A stretch of DNA of 57,604 nucleotides, counting the filler, from Sandaracinaceae bacterium (lineage in GTDB: Bacteria; Myxococcota_A; Polyangia; Polyangiales; JADJQN01), in NCBI GenBank assembly GCA_947483975.1. It is 3 parts of 3 records of this genome, joined end to end, with 100 filler letters (N's around TTAATTAATTAA, not from the genome) between each part and the next. Parts side by side here need not be neighbours in the genome. Positions count along the whole stretch, not along the records: positions 19,313 to 38,449 come from CANKOL010000059.1; 2 more parts are not named here. One strand, 5' to 3'. Positions 19,662 to 28,336 of the stretch are shown here, one piece after another (the first letter of the stretch is position 1; the number at the start of each line of letters is the position of its first letter). The position numbers and the translations under genes are program-made. The notes beneath the pieces were generated by a model. The model saw nothing but the letters and a program-made list of their open reading frames with translations, ran no database searches and was not told where the DNA came from.

Positions 19662-20897
19662 GTGCGCCCACGCGACCCCTACATCGGCCGAGACATCGCC
19701 GGTCAGTTCCGCATCATCGAGCGCATCGGGTCAGGCGGCATGGGCGCCGTCTACAAGGCCGAGCAGCCGGACATGAATCGCTTCGTCGCGATCAAGATCC
19801 TGCACCCGAAGTACGTCTCCCGCCCCGACCTCGTCGCCCGCTTTCGCCGCGAAGCCCGCGCGATGAGCCACCTCTCGCACCCGAACACGGCGCGCGTGTT
19901 TCTGTACGGGCAGCTCGAGGACAACGCCTGTTACATCGTGATGGAGCACCTCGCGGGGATGAACCTCGCGCAGCACGTCAAGGCCCACGGCCCGTTCGAG
20001 GTCGGCCGCGCGATCAACATCATGATCCAGGTCTGCGGCGCGCTCGAAGAGGCACACCGCGCGGGCATCGTGCACCGCGATCTCAAGCCAGAGAACATCT
20101 TCCTCTGCACGCAGGGCGGCATCACCGACTACCCGAAGGTGCTCGACTTCGGCCTCGCGAAGGTGAGCGAGCGTGAGATGCGCCCGGGCTCGCTGATCCT
20201 CACGCAGGAGGGCATGGTCTTCGGCACCCCCGAGTTCATGTCGCCCGAGCAGGCGCAGGGAAAGACGCTCGACGCCAAGAGCGACATCTACTCGCTCGCG
20301 TGCATCCTCTTCGAGATGCTCACCGGGAAGCTCCCCTTCGAGGCGAAGCACCCGATGGACTACATCACCCATCACATCCAGACGCACCCCCTGCACCTCG
20401 CCGACCGGCAGCCCGCGCGCGAGTTCCCAGGCGGGCTCGACGAGGTGATCCAGTATTGCTTGGCCAAGCGCCCGGAGGACCGCCCGCCGAGCGCCCACGA
20501 CTTCGGGCTGATGCTCAAGGACGTGATGCAGGGCAAGGTGATGACCGGCGCCATGCGGGCGCTCCCGATGGACCCGGCTCGTCGCGCGGCCATGCAGCAG
20601 CAGCAGCAGCAAGGGCAGGCGTCGGGCGCGCCGCAGCCGTCGCCGGGCTTCGCTGGGCAGCCGGGCTTCGCCGGGCAGTCGGGCTTCGCTGGGCAGCCGG
20701 GCTTCGCTGGGCAGCAGCCGTCTCAGGCGTATGGCGGGCTGCAGCCTCCGCAGAACAGCGGGCATGGCGGCTCACGGGCGAGCGACGAGCCGGTCTACCT
20801 CCCGGCGTCGCGGATGCCGTACTACGTGCTCGCGGGCGCCGCGCTGCTCGCGTTGGTCGGCGCGCTCGCGCTCGTCGCGGCGTTCCTGATCAGGTGA
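19662..20897 (+). CDS. Membrane-anchored Ser/Thr protein kinase (Pkn2 type)
   Basis: GSGGMGAVY, VAIK, HRDLKPEN, DFG, GTPEFMSPE and SDIYSL motifs; Gln/Gly-rich linker; C-terminal TM helix. Confidence 0.95.
   Translation: MRPRDPYIGRDIAGQFRIIERIGSGGMGAVYKAEQPDMNRFVAIKILHPKYVSRPDLVARFRREARAMSHLSHPNTARVFLYGQLEDNACYIVMEHLAGMNLAQHVKAHGPFEVGRAINIMIQVCGALEEAHRAGIVHRDLKPENIFLCTQGGITDYPKVLDFGLAKVSEREMRPGSLILTQEGMVFGTPEFMSPEQAQGKTLDAKSDIYSLACILFEMLTGKLPFEAKHPMDYITHHIQTHPLHLADRQPAREFPGGLDEVIQYCLAKRPEDRPPSAHDFGLMLKDVMQGKVMTGAMRALPMDPARRAAMQQQQQQGQASGAPQPSPGFAGQPGFAGQSGFAGQPGFAGQQPSQAYGGLQPPQNSGHGGSRASDEPVYLPASRMPYYVLAGAALLALVGALALVAAFLIR
20643..20714 (+). repeat. 4 x 18-bp coding tandem repeat (PGFAGQ) in the kinase linker
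   Basis: CCGGGCTTCGCTGGGCAG repeated four times with at most one mismatch per copy. Confidence 0.9.
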
Positions 20898-20901
20898 CAC
20901 C

Positions 20902-20931
20902 TTGACCGCCTCGCCGGGCGCCAGGTAAAAT
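20902..20931 (+). promoter_or_regulatory. sigma70-type promoter of ctaB-SCO
   Basis: TTGACC-N18-TAAAAT. Confidence 0.6.
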
Positions 20932-21014
20932 CGCCGCCCCCGCGTCGGGGTGAGCTTGCGGACCGGCCGCAGAGGCCCCAGGTCCGACGCGAGCCAAGAC
21001 GCAGTACCCCGCTC

Positions 21015-21899
21015 ATGACGACGCTTCCAGCCACCGTATCGCTCCCAGGGACGCTGCGCGACCTCGTCTCGCTGACGAAGCCGCGCATCACCTTCCTCGT
21101 GATCACGACCTCGGCGGGCGGGCTGTGGCTGGCGCCCGGCGTGCCGGACTTCGCGCGCTCGCTCGTCGCGGTGCTCGCGATCGCCGCCGTCGTGATGAGC
21201 GCCAACGCGCTCAACTGCTGGATGGAGCGCGACAGCGACCGCGCGATGACGCGCACGATGGACCGCCCGCTCCCCGCCGGGCGCCTCGATCCGAAGGTCG
21301 CGCTGGTCTTCGGGCTCTCCCTCGGCGCGCTCTCGGTGCCCGTCCTCGCGCTCCTCGTCAACCCGCTCACGGGCCTGCTCGGCGCCATCGCGCTCGTGAT
21401 GTACGTGTGGATGTACACGCCGCTGAAGCAGAAGACCTGGACCGCGCTGCTCGTCGGCGCCGTGCCGGGCGCCATGCCGCCGCTGATGGGCTGGACCGCC
21501 GCGACGGGTCGGCTCGAGCTACCCGGGCTCGCGCTCTTCGCGGTGCTCTTCGTCTGGCAGATCCCGCACTTCATCGCGATCGCGGTCTTCCGGCAGGCTG
21601 AGTACGAGCGCGCGGGCATCCGCGTGCTGCCTTCGGTCGTCGGCGTTCGAGCGGCGAAGGTCCACATGATCCTCTGGTGCGCGCTGCTCTTGCCGGTGTC
21701 GCTCTCGCTCGGGCCGCTCGGCGTCGCGGGCACGCTCTACCTCGTCAGCGCGGCGCTGCTCGGCGCGGGCTTCCTCGCGGCGTGTCTCGCCGGGCTCCGC
21801 GAGACGGGCACGGACACGCGCTGGGCGCGTCGGGCCTTCGGCGCCTCGCTCGTCTACCTCACGCTGCTCTTCGGCGTCCTCATCGCGGACGCGGTCTGA
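21015..21899 (+). CDS. ctaB: Protoheme IX farnesyltransferase (heme O synthase)
   Basis: LTKPRI, ERDSDRAMTRTMDRPLPAG, YTPLKQ, GAVPGAMPPLMGW and WQIPHF motifs. Confidence 0.96.
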   Translation: MTTLPATVSLPGTLRDLVSLTKPRITFLVITTSAGGLWLAPGVPDFARSLVAVLAIAAVVMSANALNCWMERDSDRAMTRTMDRPLPAGRLDPKVALVFGLSLGALSVPVLALLVNPLTGLLGAIALVMYVWMYTPLKQKTWTALLVGAVPGAMPPLMGWTAATGRLELPGLALFAVLFVWQIPHFIAIAVFRQAEYERAGIRVLPSVVGVRAAKVHMILWCALLLPVSLSLGPLGVAGTLYLVSAALLGAGFLAACLAGLRETGTDTRWARRAFGASLVYLTLLFGVLIADAV

Positions 21900-21919
21900 G
21901 CGCGCGGCCGTCTGCCTCG

Positions 21920-22528
21920 GTGTCGCGCCTCCGCATCGTCGTCTGGAGCCTGAGCGCGGTCCTCGCGCTCGGCCTCGCGGTCGTCGCGGGAAAGCGCGCG
22001 TTCGGTCCCGGCCCGAGCGACGGGCTGCCGGTGCTCTTCGCCGTGCGCCCGTTCGACCTCGTCGACCAGGACGGGCATCCCTTCAGCGACCGAGCGCTGC
22101 GCGGACATCCGTGGATCGCGAGCTTCCTGTTCACGAGCTGCCGGACGATCTGCCCGCTGCTCACGACGCAGCAGGGCAACGTCGCGCGGCGCCTCGCGGA
22201 CGTCCCCTCGGTGCGCTTCGTGTCGATCACCGTGGACCCAGCGCACGACACTCCGGCCGTGCTGCGCGCCTTCGCGGAGCAGCATCACGCCGACCTCACG
22301 CGCTGGTCGTTCCTGACGGGCGAGCCCGCGCTGGTGCGCCGCGTGATCGAGGGCGGGCTCCTGCAGCCGGTCGGCGAGCATGAGGCGCGCCCTGATGGCG
22401 CCTACGACATCGTGCACACGGCTCGCCTGCTGCTCGTCGACGGCGAAGGGCGCGCGCGCGGGCTCTATCCGCTCAGCGCGCCCGACCTCGCGCGGCTCGT
22501 GCGTGACGCCCGCACGCTCGCCCGCTGA
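21920..22528 (+). CDS. SCO1/SenC family copper chaperone
   Basis: N-terminal TM helix; FTSCRTICP (CxxxC), SITVDPAHDTP and IVHT motifs; start is GTG 21920 or CTG 21896. Confidence 0.92.
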   Translation: MSRLRIVVWSLSAVLALGLAVVAGKRAFGPGPSDGLPVLFAVRPFDLVDQDGHPFSDRALRGHPWIASFLFTSCRTICPLLTTQQGNVARRLADVPSVRFVSITVDPAHDTPAVLRAFAEQHHADLTRWSFLTGEPALVRRVIEGGLLQPVGEHEARPDGAYDIVHTARLLLVDGEGRARGLYPLSAPDLARLVRDARTLAR

Positions 22529-22531
22529 CGC

Positions 22532-23407
22532 CTACGAGGTGCAGTAGCCGCGCGCGGCGTGCTGGATCTCGCGGAGCTTGTCGCGCGTCCGCGCGAGGAG
22601 CGGCGAGGTCGGCTGCGTGCGCACGAGCGCCTCGAGCGTCGTCCGCGCGTCCGTGCACGCGTGCAGCCGATAGAACGCGTCGCCCATGTCGAAGAGCGCG
22701 TCGTCGACGGCGTCGCCCGTCGCGTAGTCGGTGATCACCTTGCGGAGCTCGCCGAGCGCCGTCGCGGGCTTGCTCTCCTGCAGGTAGCTCGCGCCGATCC
22801 AGTACTGCGCGTTGTCCGTCTGGTCGTCGCCCGCGTAGCGCGAGAGGTACTCGCGGAAGAGCGCCCGCGCGCGCGAGTAGTCGCTGCCTTGGTACGCACG
22901 ATACGCCGCCGCGAAGTGCTCGACCTTGTCGGCGGGGATCTCCGCGGCCGGCAGCGGCATGTCGATGCCCGCCTTGCGCGCGACCTGCGTGATGCGCTCG
23001 TCCATCTCCGCGCGCTGCGTCGAGAGCTGCCGCGTGAGCTGCTCGTTCGTGTTGCGCAGCTCCGCGATCTGTCCCTCGAGCGAGCCGAGCTGGGTCTGCA
23101 GCTCCTGCACGAGCGCGCCCGTGTCCGCGCTGTTTCGCGTGACGACCTCGGTCGCGCGTTCGAGCACGACCTCGAGCTCCTGCACCTTCACCTGCGCGCT
23201 GCCGACCGCCGCGTGCAGCGTCTCCCGCTCAGCCTGCGCGCCCTGCTCGACCTTCGTCAGCCGCCGCGCGTGCTCGACCGACTCCGCGCGGAGCCGGTCG
23301 CCGTCGCCCTTCGTCGTCCAGAGGCAGCCCGCGACGACGGTCGCCGACAGCGCCCCTGACGCGAGCGCGAGGGACGCGACGAGCAGCCGCGTGCGGCTCC
23401 TGCTCAC
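22532..23407 (-). CDS. cpoB: Tol-Pal system protein CpoB/YbgF (coiled coil plus TPR)
   Basis: Lipobox VAGC; coiled coil; DNAQYWIGASY TPR motif; GTGA overlap with pal. Confidence 0.85.
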   Translation of the reverse strand: MSRSRTRLLVASLALASGALSATVVAGCLWTTKGDGDRLRAESVEHARRLTKVEQGAQAERETLHAAVGSAQVKVQELEVVLERATEVVTRNSADTGALVQELQTQLGSLEGQIAELRNTNEQLTRQLSTQRAEMDERITQVARKAGIDMPLPAAEIPADKVEHFAAAYRAYQGSDYSRARALFREYLSRYAGDDQTDNAQYWIGASYLQESKPATALGELRKVITDYATGDAVDDALFDMGDAFYRLHACTDARTTLEALVRTQPTSPLLARTRDKLREIQHAARGYCTS

Positions 23408-24072
23408 CGCGCCTCGAGCGCAACGTTTCTGTCGCGCGCCCAGGAGGTCTCGTCCTCGCCGCGCGAGTACTCCTCGCCGTTCGACGACACGCTGAGCTTG
23501 CTGGGCTCGATGCCGAGCGAGCGCAGGAAGTCGCGCACCGCGCGCGCGCGCCGATCGCCGAGGGCGAGGTTGTACTCCTCGGTGCCGCGCGGATCGCAGT
23601 TCCCGGTCAGGTGCAGGTGCGCGTAGTTCCGCTCACCCATGCAGCGCGCGACGGTCTGGAGCTGATCGCGCGTCGTGCCCGTCAGGTCGTTCGACTCGAA
23701 GTCGAAGTAGACCGCCGAGATGTCGCAGGGGCTCGCGCCCGGCGTCTCGTCCGGCGGCGGGGGCGTCGGCAGGTCCTGCTGCGTCGACGCGATGCGCGCG
23801 CAGCGATTCTCGCGGCACTCCTCGCCGTCCGCGCACTGCGCGTTGGTGCCGCAGTAGCCAGTGATCGCCTCGCAGCGCCCCGACGCGCAGGACTGCCCCG
23901 CGGCGCAGTCGGCGTCCCCGCGGCAGAGCTGACAGCGTCCGTTCACGCAGTACTCGCCCTGATGACACTCGGAGTCTTCCCCGCAGTTCGGATAGGCCGG
24001 GCCACAGCCCGCCCCGAGCCCGAGCACCCCTGCCGCGACCAGCCCCACCAAGCACAGAACATTCGACCGCAT
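23404..24072 (-). CDS. pal: Peptidoglycan-associated lipoprotein (OmpA-like domain) with N-terminal Cys-rich repeats
   Basis: Lipobox GAGC; VYFDFES, GNCDPRGTEEYNLALGDRRA and SNGEE motifs; SD GAGGAG. Confidence 0.9.
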   Translation of the reverse strand: MRSNVLCLVGLVAAGVLGLGAGCGPAYPNCGEDSECHQGEYCVNGRCQLCRGDADCAAGQSCASGRCEAITGYCGTNAQCADGEECRENRCARIASTQQDLPTPPPPDETPGASPCDISAVYFDFESNDLTGTTRDQLQTVARCMGERNYAHLHLTGNCDPRGTEEYNLALGDRRARAVRDFLRSLGIEPSKLSVSSNGEEYSRGEDETSWARDRNVALEAR

Positions 24073-24111
24073 CGATTCTCCTCGCCGCCGGTCGGACCCG
24101 GCTCGCGGGGT

Positions 24112-24140
24112 CGCGTACCGCTCCGATCTACCCTTGTCAA
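24112..24140 (-). promoter_or_regulatory. sigma70-type promoter of pal-cpoB
   Basis: TTGACA-N17-TACGCG on the minus strand; the -10 element is weak. Confidence 0.45.
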
Positions 24141-24238
24141 TGCGTGCTCGACGCCTCGATCGGGCAAAGACGTCCGGGGCGGCACAACGTGGCACCTCGA
24201 GAACGACGCGATCAGGCCAGATCTCCCCCTTGTGGCTG

Positions 24239-24254
24239 GGGCACTCCAATTGCA
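24239..24254 (+). promoter_or_regulatory. sigma54 (-24/-12) promoter upstream of the VWA lipoprotein genes
   Basis: GGGCAC-TCCAA-TTGCA versus consensus TGGCAC-N5-TTGCW; exact GG-N10-GC spacing; 70 nt before the ATG. Confidence 0.65.
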
Positions 24255-24323
24255 TAGTGCTGGTTCGCCCGGGCCGTCGTTCCGGGGCCCCATGCATGTC
24301 GCCCGTCGACAGGAGCATCGCTG

Positions 24324-26408
24324 ATGACTTATCGCCTGCGTTCGTGGCCTCTCGCTCTCGTGGTCGCAGCATTCCTCGGGTTCGCGGGCTGTGGCGACGA
24401 CACTACGCCGCCGGTCCTGCGCCCAGACGGCGGCGGAGTCGACAGTGGCCATGACGTCGACGCCGGCGGCGACGTCGACGCCGGGGGGCCCATCGGCAAC
24501 TGCACGGCGGAGAACGACCCCGACCGCGACTTCGTCAGCAACGCGGATGAGGGCACGGGCGACACCGACCACGACGGTATGCCCAACAGCCACGACCCCG
24601 ACGCGGACGGCGATGGGATCCTCGACAGCGTCGAGGTCGGCGACGCGGACTGCCTCACGCCGCCAGTCGACACCGACGTCGACGGGATGCCCGACTTCCT
24701 CGACCTCGACTCGGACGGCGACTCCATCCTCGACGCCACCGAGGGCAACCTCGACCTCGACATGGACGGCACGCCGAACTTCCGTGACCTCGACTCGGAC
24801 GGCGACACCGTGACGGACTCGCTCGAGGCGGGCGACGGCGACACCGCGACGCCTCCTCACGTCTGTGACCGCGAGATCAGCCCGATCACGCGGACGCCCC
24901 TCAACGAGGACGGCAGCCCCTATCCGGGTGACGGCTTCTCCGACTTCATCGACACGGACCGCGACAACGACGGTCTCTCCGATGGGCAGGAGATCGCGGT
25001 CGGCAGCGACCCGTGCAACGTCGACAGCGACGGCGACGGCGTCGACGACCTGTTCGAGGGCGCCTACGCAGAGCGCAACTGCCCCGGGGGCGTCCCGCTG
25101 CCCGGCGTCGATGTGTCGGTCTGCACCTGCGGCGCGAGCGCTGGTTGCACGATCCGCGCGGAGGACTTCTACCTCGTGCTGCCGTACGGCGGCGCCCCGC
25201 AGACGCGCTCGCTCGACTTCAGCACGAGCATCCGCGTCGCCGACATCTTCTTCATCACCGACACGACCGGCTCCATGGGCGGCACCGTCGACAACGTGAA
25301 GACGACGGTCACGACGCCCGGCACCGGCCTGATCGACCGCATCGGCGAGACGATCCCCGACGCGTGGTTCGGCGGCGGGCAGCACGACGATGTGCCGTTC
25401 TCGGGCTGGGGCTCGCCCCCGGATGAGCCGTTCATCCTCGCGATCCGCATGACGCCGCCCGACATGGCGAGCGCCGTGCAGACGGCGTTCAACGGCATCG
25501 CGCTCCACGGCGGCTCGGACGGCCCGGAGTCGCAGACGTTCGCGCTCTTCGAGATCGTCACCGGCGCCGGCGGCAACTGGACGTACGCGGGCGGCTTCGG
25601 CGGCGGCGCGACCTACACGATGCCGAACTACGTCGGCTCCTGCCTCGATGGCGGCTGGGGCGCGCCCTGCTTCCGCGACGCCGCGCTCCCGATCATCGTG
25701 CACTTCAGCGACATCTGCTCGCACAACGGCCCCCCCGGCGAGGACGCGAGCTGCGACCCCTACACGGGCGTCGACCCCGTCCTGCCGACGTGGGAGGAGG
25801 CGATCGCCGCCCTCAACCGTCGCGGCGCGAAGTACATCGGCGTCAACGCCTCGAGCGGCACCTCCTGCGCGGGCCCGACGGCGCCGAGCGGCTACAACCC
25901 CTGCTACTTCATGAAGCGCACGGCCGAAGAGACCGGCTCGGTCGACCTCGACGGCAACGCGCTCGTCTATGATCTGCCGAACGGCGCGTCGTCGACGCTC
26001 TTCGCGGACACGATCGCGGGGGCGGTCGAGACCGTCGCGACCCGCGTCCCGCTCGACGTCGACACCGGCGTCCGCGCCGAGCCGAGCCTCCTCGCGAACG
26101 CGGCGCTCTTCGTGAAGCGCCGCACTCCTGGCTGCCGCGCGACGCCGGCGATCATCCCGTGCTTCCTGCCCCCGGTGGGGACGGCCGCCGATCAGGCGGT
26201 CGCCTTCATCGACACCTCGACGTTCTTCGGCGTCATCCCGGGCACGCAGGTCACGTTCGAGATCACCTTCCAGAACGACTTCTTCCGCGGGACGGACCGC
26301 GCGGAGCTCTTCGTCGCGTACATCGATGTGCGCGGCGGCGGCTCGGCGATCCTCGACACTCGCGAGGTCTACATCGTCGTCCCGGCGAACCCCATCCCGT
26401 TCGGCTGA
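24324..26408 (+). CDS. Lipoprotein with TSP3-like Ca-binding repeats and a beta-integrin-like VWA domain
   Basis: Lipobox FAGC; many DxDxDG repeats; ADIFFITDTTGSM, HDDVP, DGPES and FSD motifs; SD AGGAG. Confidence 0.88.
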   Translation: MTYRLRSWPLALVVAAFLGFAGCGDDTTPPVLRPDGGGVDSGHDVDAGGDVDAGGPIGNCTAENDPDRDFVSNADEGTGDTDHDGMPNSHDPDADGDGILDSVEVGDADCLTPPVDTDVDGMPDFLDLDSDGDSILDATEGNLDLDMDGTPNFRDLDSDGDTVTDSLEAGDGDTATPPHVCDREISPITRTPLNEDGSPYPGDGFSDFIDTDRDNDGLSDGQEIAVGSDPCNVDSDGDGVDDLFEGAYAERNCPGGVPLPGVDVSVCTCGASAGCTIRAEDFYLVLPYGGAPQTRSLDFSTSIRVADIFFITDTTGSMGGTVDNVKTTVTTPGTGLIDRIGETIPDAWFGGGQHDDVPFSGWGSPPDEPFILAIRMTPPDMASAVQTAFNGIALHGGSDGPESQTFALFEIVTGAGGNWTYAGGFGGGATYTMPNYVGSCLDGGWGAPCFRDAALPIIVHFSDICSHNGPPGEDASCDPYTGVDPVLPTWEEAIAALNRRGAKYIGVNASSGTSCAGPTAPSGYNPCYFMKRTAEETGSVDLDGNALVYDLPNGASSTLFADTIAGAVETVATRVPLDVDTGVRAEPSLLANAALFVKRRTPGCRATPAIIPCFLPPVGTAADQAVAFIDTSTFFGVIPGTQVTFEITFQNDFFRGTDRAELFVAYIDVRGGGSAILDTREVYIVVPANPIPFG

Positions 26409-26554
26409 GCCCGCCCTGCGCTCACGCGCGCCTACATTCTTGCGACAACGCACACGCCTGCCCTAGGTAGTACTCGGGCGGGCGTTGTGCTGTCAGGGAT
26501 CGTTGTTGTACAAACTAGCTTCGCAACCGCGGTGTACGCGGGGGAGTTCATCGA

Positions 26555-28189
26555 ATGCGCAGTTCTTCGCAGTTCGCCCTACTGATCCTGGTCTCTTTGG
26601 CGCTCGGCATGAGCGCCTGCAACAGCGGTCGACGCTCCATTCGCGGCGGGCGCGATGGAGGCGTGACGTCGCGTGACGGCGGCGGGCGTCCGTGTACGCC
26701 GGGCGACAGCGACGGCGACGGCATCGCCGACTCGCTCGAGGGAGCCGGCGTCGGCAATCCCGACGACGACGCCGACGGCATCCCCGACTCCGTCGAAGCG
26801 GGCACGGCAGGCGAGTGCTCCCCCCGTGACTCCGACAACGACTTCACGCCCGACTTCCAAGACACCGACTCGGACAACGACGGTGTGCTCGACATCGACG
26901 AGGTCGCCCACGGCACCGACCCGACGAACCCGGACACCGATAGCGACGGCTTCACCGACCTCGTCGAGATCACGGCGGGCACCAGCCCCACGGACCCGAC
27001 GAGCATGGTCGCGCCGACCGACTACTTCGTCGTGCTCCCGTACAACGGGGACCATGTGCCGCGCCTCCTCCGCTTCGGGACGAACGTCTCGAAGGCCGAC
27101 GTCTACTTCCTGATCGACACGACGGGCTCGATGCAGACCGCGATCGACGACGTGAACTCGTCGCTGATCTCGATCACCTCGGCGGTGTCTGGCCTCGTCC
27201 GCGACGTGCAGTTCGGCGTCGGGCGCTTCGACGACTTCCCGACGAGCCCGTACGGTGACTCGAGCGGCTACGGTGGGCGCCCGGACGTCCCCTACGCGAA
27301 CCTCGTCAACATCACGTCGGACCTCGGCGCGGTCAACGCCGCGCTCTCGCTCTCCGCGAACGCGGGCAACGACGGCCCCGAGTCGCACACCGCGGCGGTG
27401 TACCTCACCGCGACCGGCCTCGGGATGACGTACACGGACGACGCGACGGGCACCAGCACCATCCGCCCGCAGTCCTGCCCGAGCGTCCCCGACGAGATGG
27501 GCGTGCGCCGCGGCTACCCGTGCTTCCGCCCGGGTTCGCTGCCGATCGTCGTGCTCGTCTCGGACGCGCTTTGGCACAACGGCATCGACCCGGCGAACGA
27601 CTACTCGGGCATCACCGGTCCCGTGAACTTCGGGCAGGCGGTGGACGCGATGAACGCCATCGGCGCGCGCTTCATCGGCGCCAACGTCGGCTACGCCAGC
27701 TCCGGCCCCGACATGAGCGCGATGGCGACCCGTACAGGCAGCGTGCGCTCGGACGGCTCGCCGCTCGTGTTCACGGGCGCGGCGTCGACGACGGCCGACC
27801 AGATCATCAACGGCATCACCTCGCTCGTCGGCGGCACTCCGCAGGACGTCAGCACCCGCACCGAGAACGTCGCGGGTAACCCCGACGGCTTCGACGCGAC
27901 GCTCTTCATCAAGTCGATCGTGCCGGTCGAGGGCTACGGCCCGGCGGGCGAGATCGGCCCGATCCCCGGGGTCACCTACACCTCGAAGGACGCGACGACC
28001 TTCTACCAGGTCATCCCGGGCACCCAGGTCGAGTTCACGATCGACTTCTGGAACGACGCGCGCCCGACCCCGACGCACACCGAGATTCACCAGGCGAAGA
28101 TCGTCGTCGTCGGCAACGGCGTCGCGGACCTCGACTTCCGCAACGTGTACATCGTCGTGCCGCCGGAGGGTGGCGTCATCCTGATCTGA
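26555..28189 (+). CDS. Paralogous lipoprotein with TSP3-like repeats and a beta-integrin-like VWA domain
   Basis: Lipobox MSAC; DxDxDG repeats; ADVYFLIDTTGSM, FGVGRFDDFP, NDGPES and VSDA motifs; shares VIPGTQVxFxIxF and YIVVP with the upstream gene. Confidence 0.88.
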   Translation: MRSSSQFALLILVSLALGMSACNSGRRSIRGGRDGGVTSRDGGGRPCTPGDSDGDGIADSLEGAGVGNPDDDADGIPDSVEAGTAGECSPRDSDNDFTPDFQDTDSDNDGVLDIDEVAHGTDPTNPDTDSDGFTDLVEITAGTSPTDPTSMVAPTDYFVVLPYNGDHVPRLLRFGTNVSKADVYFLIDTTGSMQTAIDDVNSSLISITSAVSGLVRDVQFGVGRFDDFPTSPYGDSSGYGGRPDVPYANLVNITSDLGAVNAALSLSANAGNDGPESHTAAVYLTATGLGMTYTDDATGTSTIRPQSCPSVPDEMGVRRGYPCFRPGSLPIVVLVSDALWHNGIDPANDYSGITGPVNFGQAVDAMNAIGARFIGANVGYASSGPDMSAMATRTGSVRSDGSPLVFTGAASTTADQIINGITSLVGGTPQDVSTRTENVAGNPDGFDATLFIKSIVPVEGYGPAGEIGPIPGVTYTSKDATTFYQVIPGTQVEFTIDFWNDARPTPTHTEIHQAKIVVVGNGVADLDFRNVYIVVPPEGGVILI

Positions 28190-28217
28190 GCTGAGCCGAG
28201 AGCCCTAGGCTCGAACG

Positions 28218-28259
28218 AGGCGCTCCGAACGACGCACAGCGTCTTCGGGGCGCCTTTTT
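28218..28259 (+). terminator. Rho-independent terminator after the VWA gene pair
   Basis: AGGCGCTCCGAA-C-GACGC-ACA-GCGTC-TTCGGGGCGCCT followed by TTTT. Confidence 0.8.
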
Positions 28260-28336
28260 CGTGATAGAGACGCTCGGGTGAGCGGGCTCTGCGTCGCCAC
28301 GGTTTCCAGCAGCGGTTCGCACAGGAGTCACCCGCC

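Noticed and set aside
23914..23922. CRGD (integrin-ligand motif) in the Pal Cys repeat
   Set aside because: A single tripeptide of GC-rich codons in a periplasmic protein, absent from the other two repeats; likely chance.
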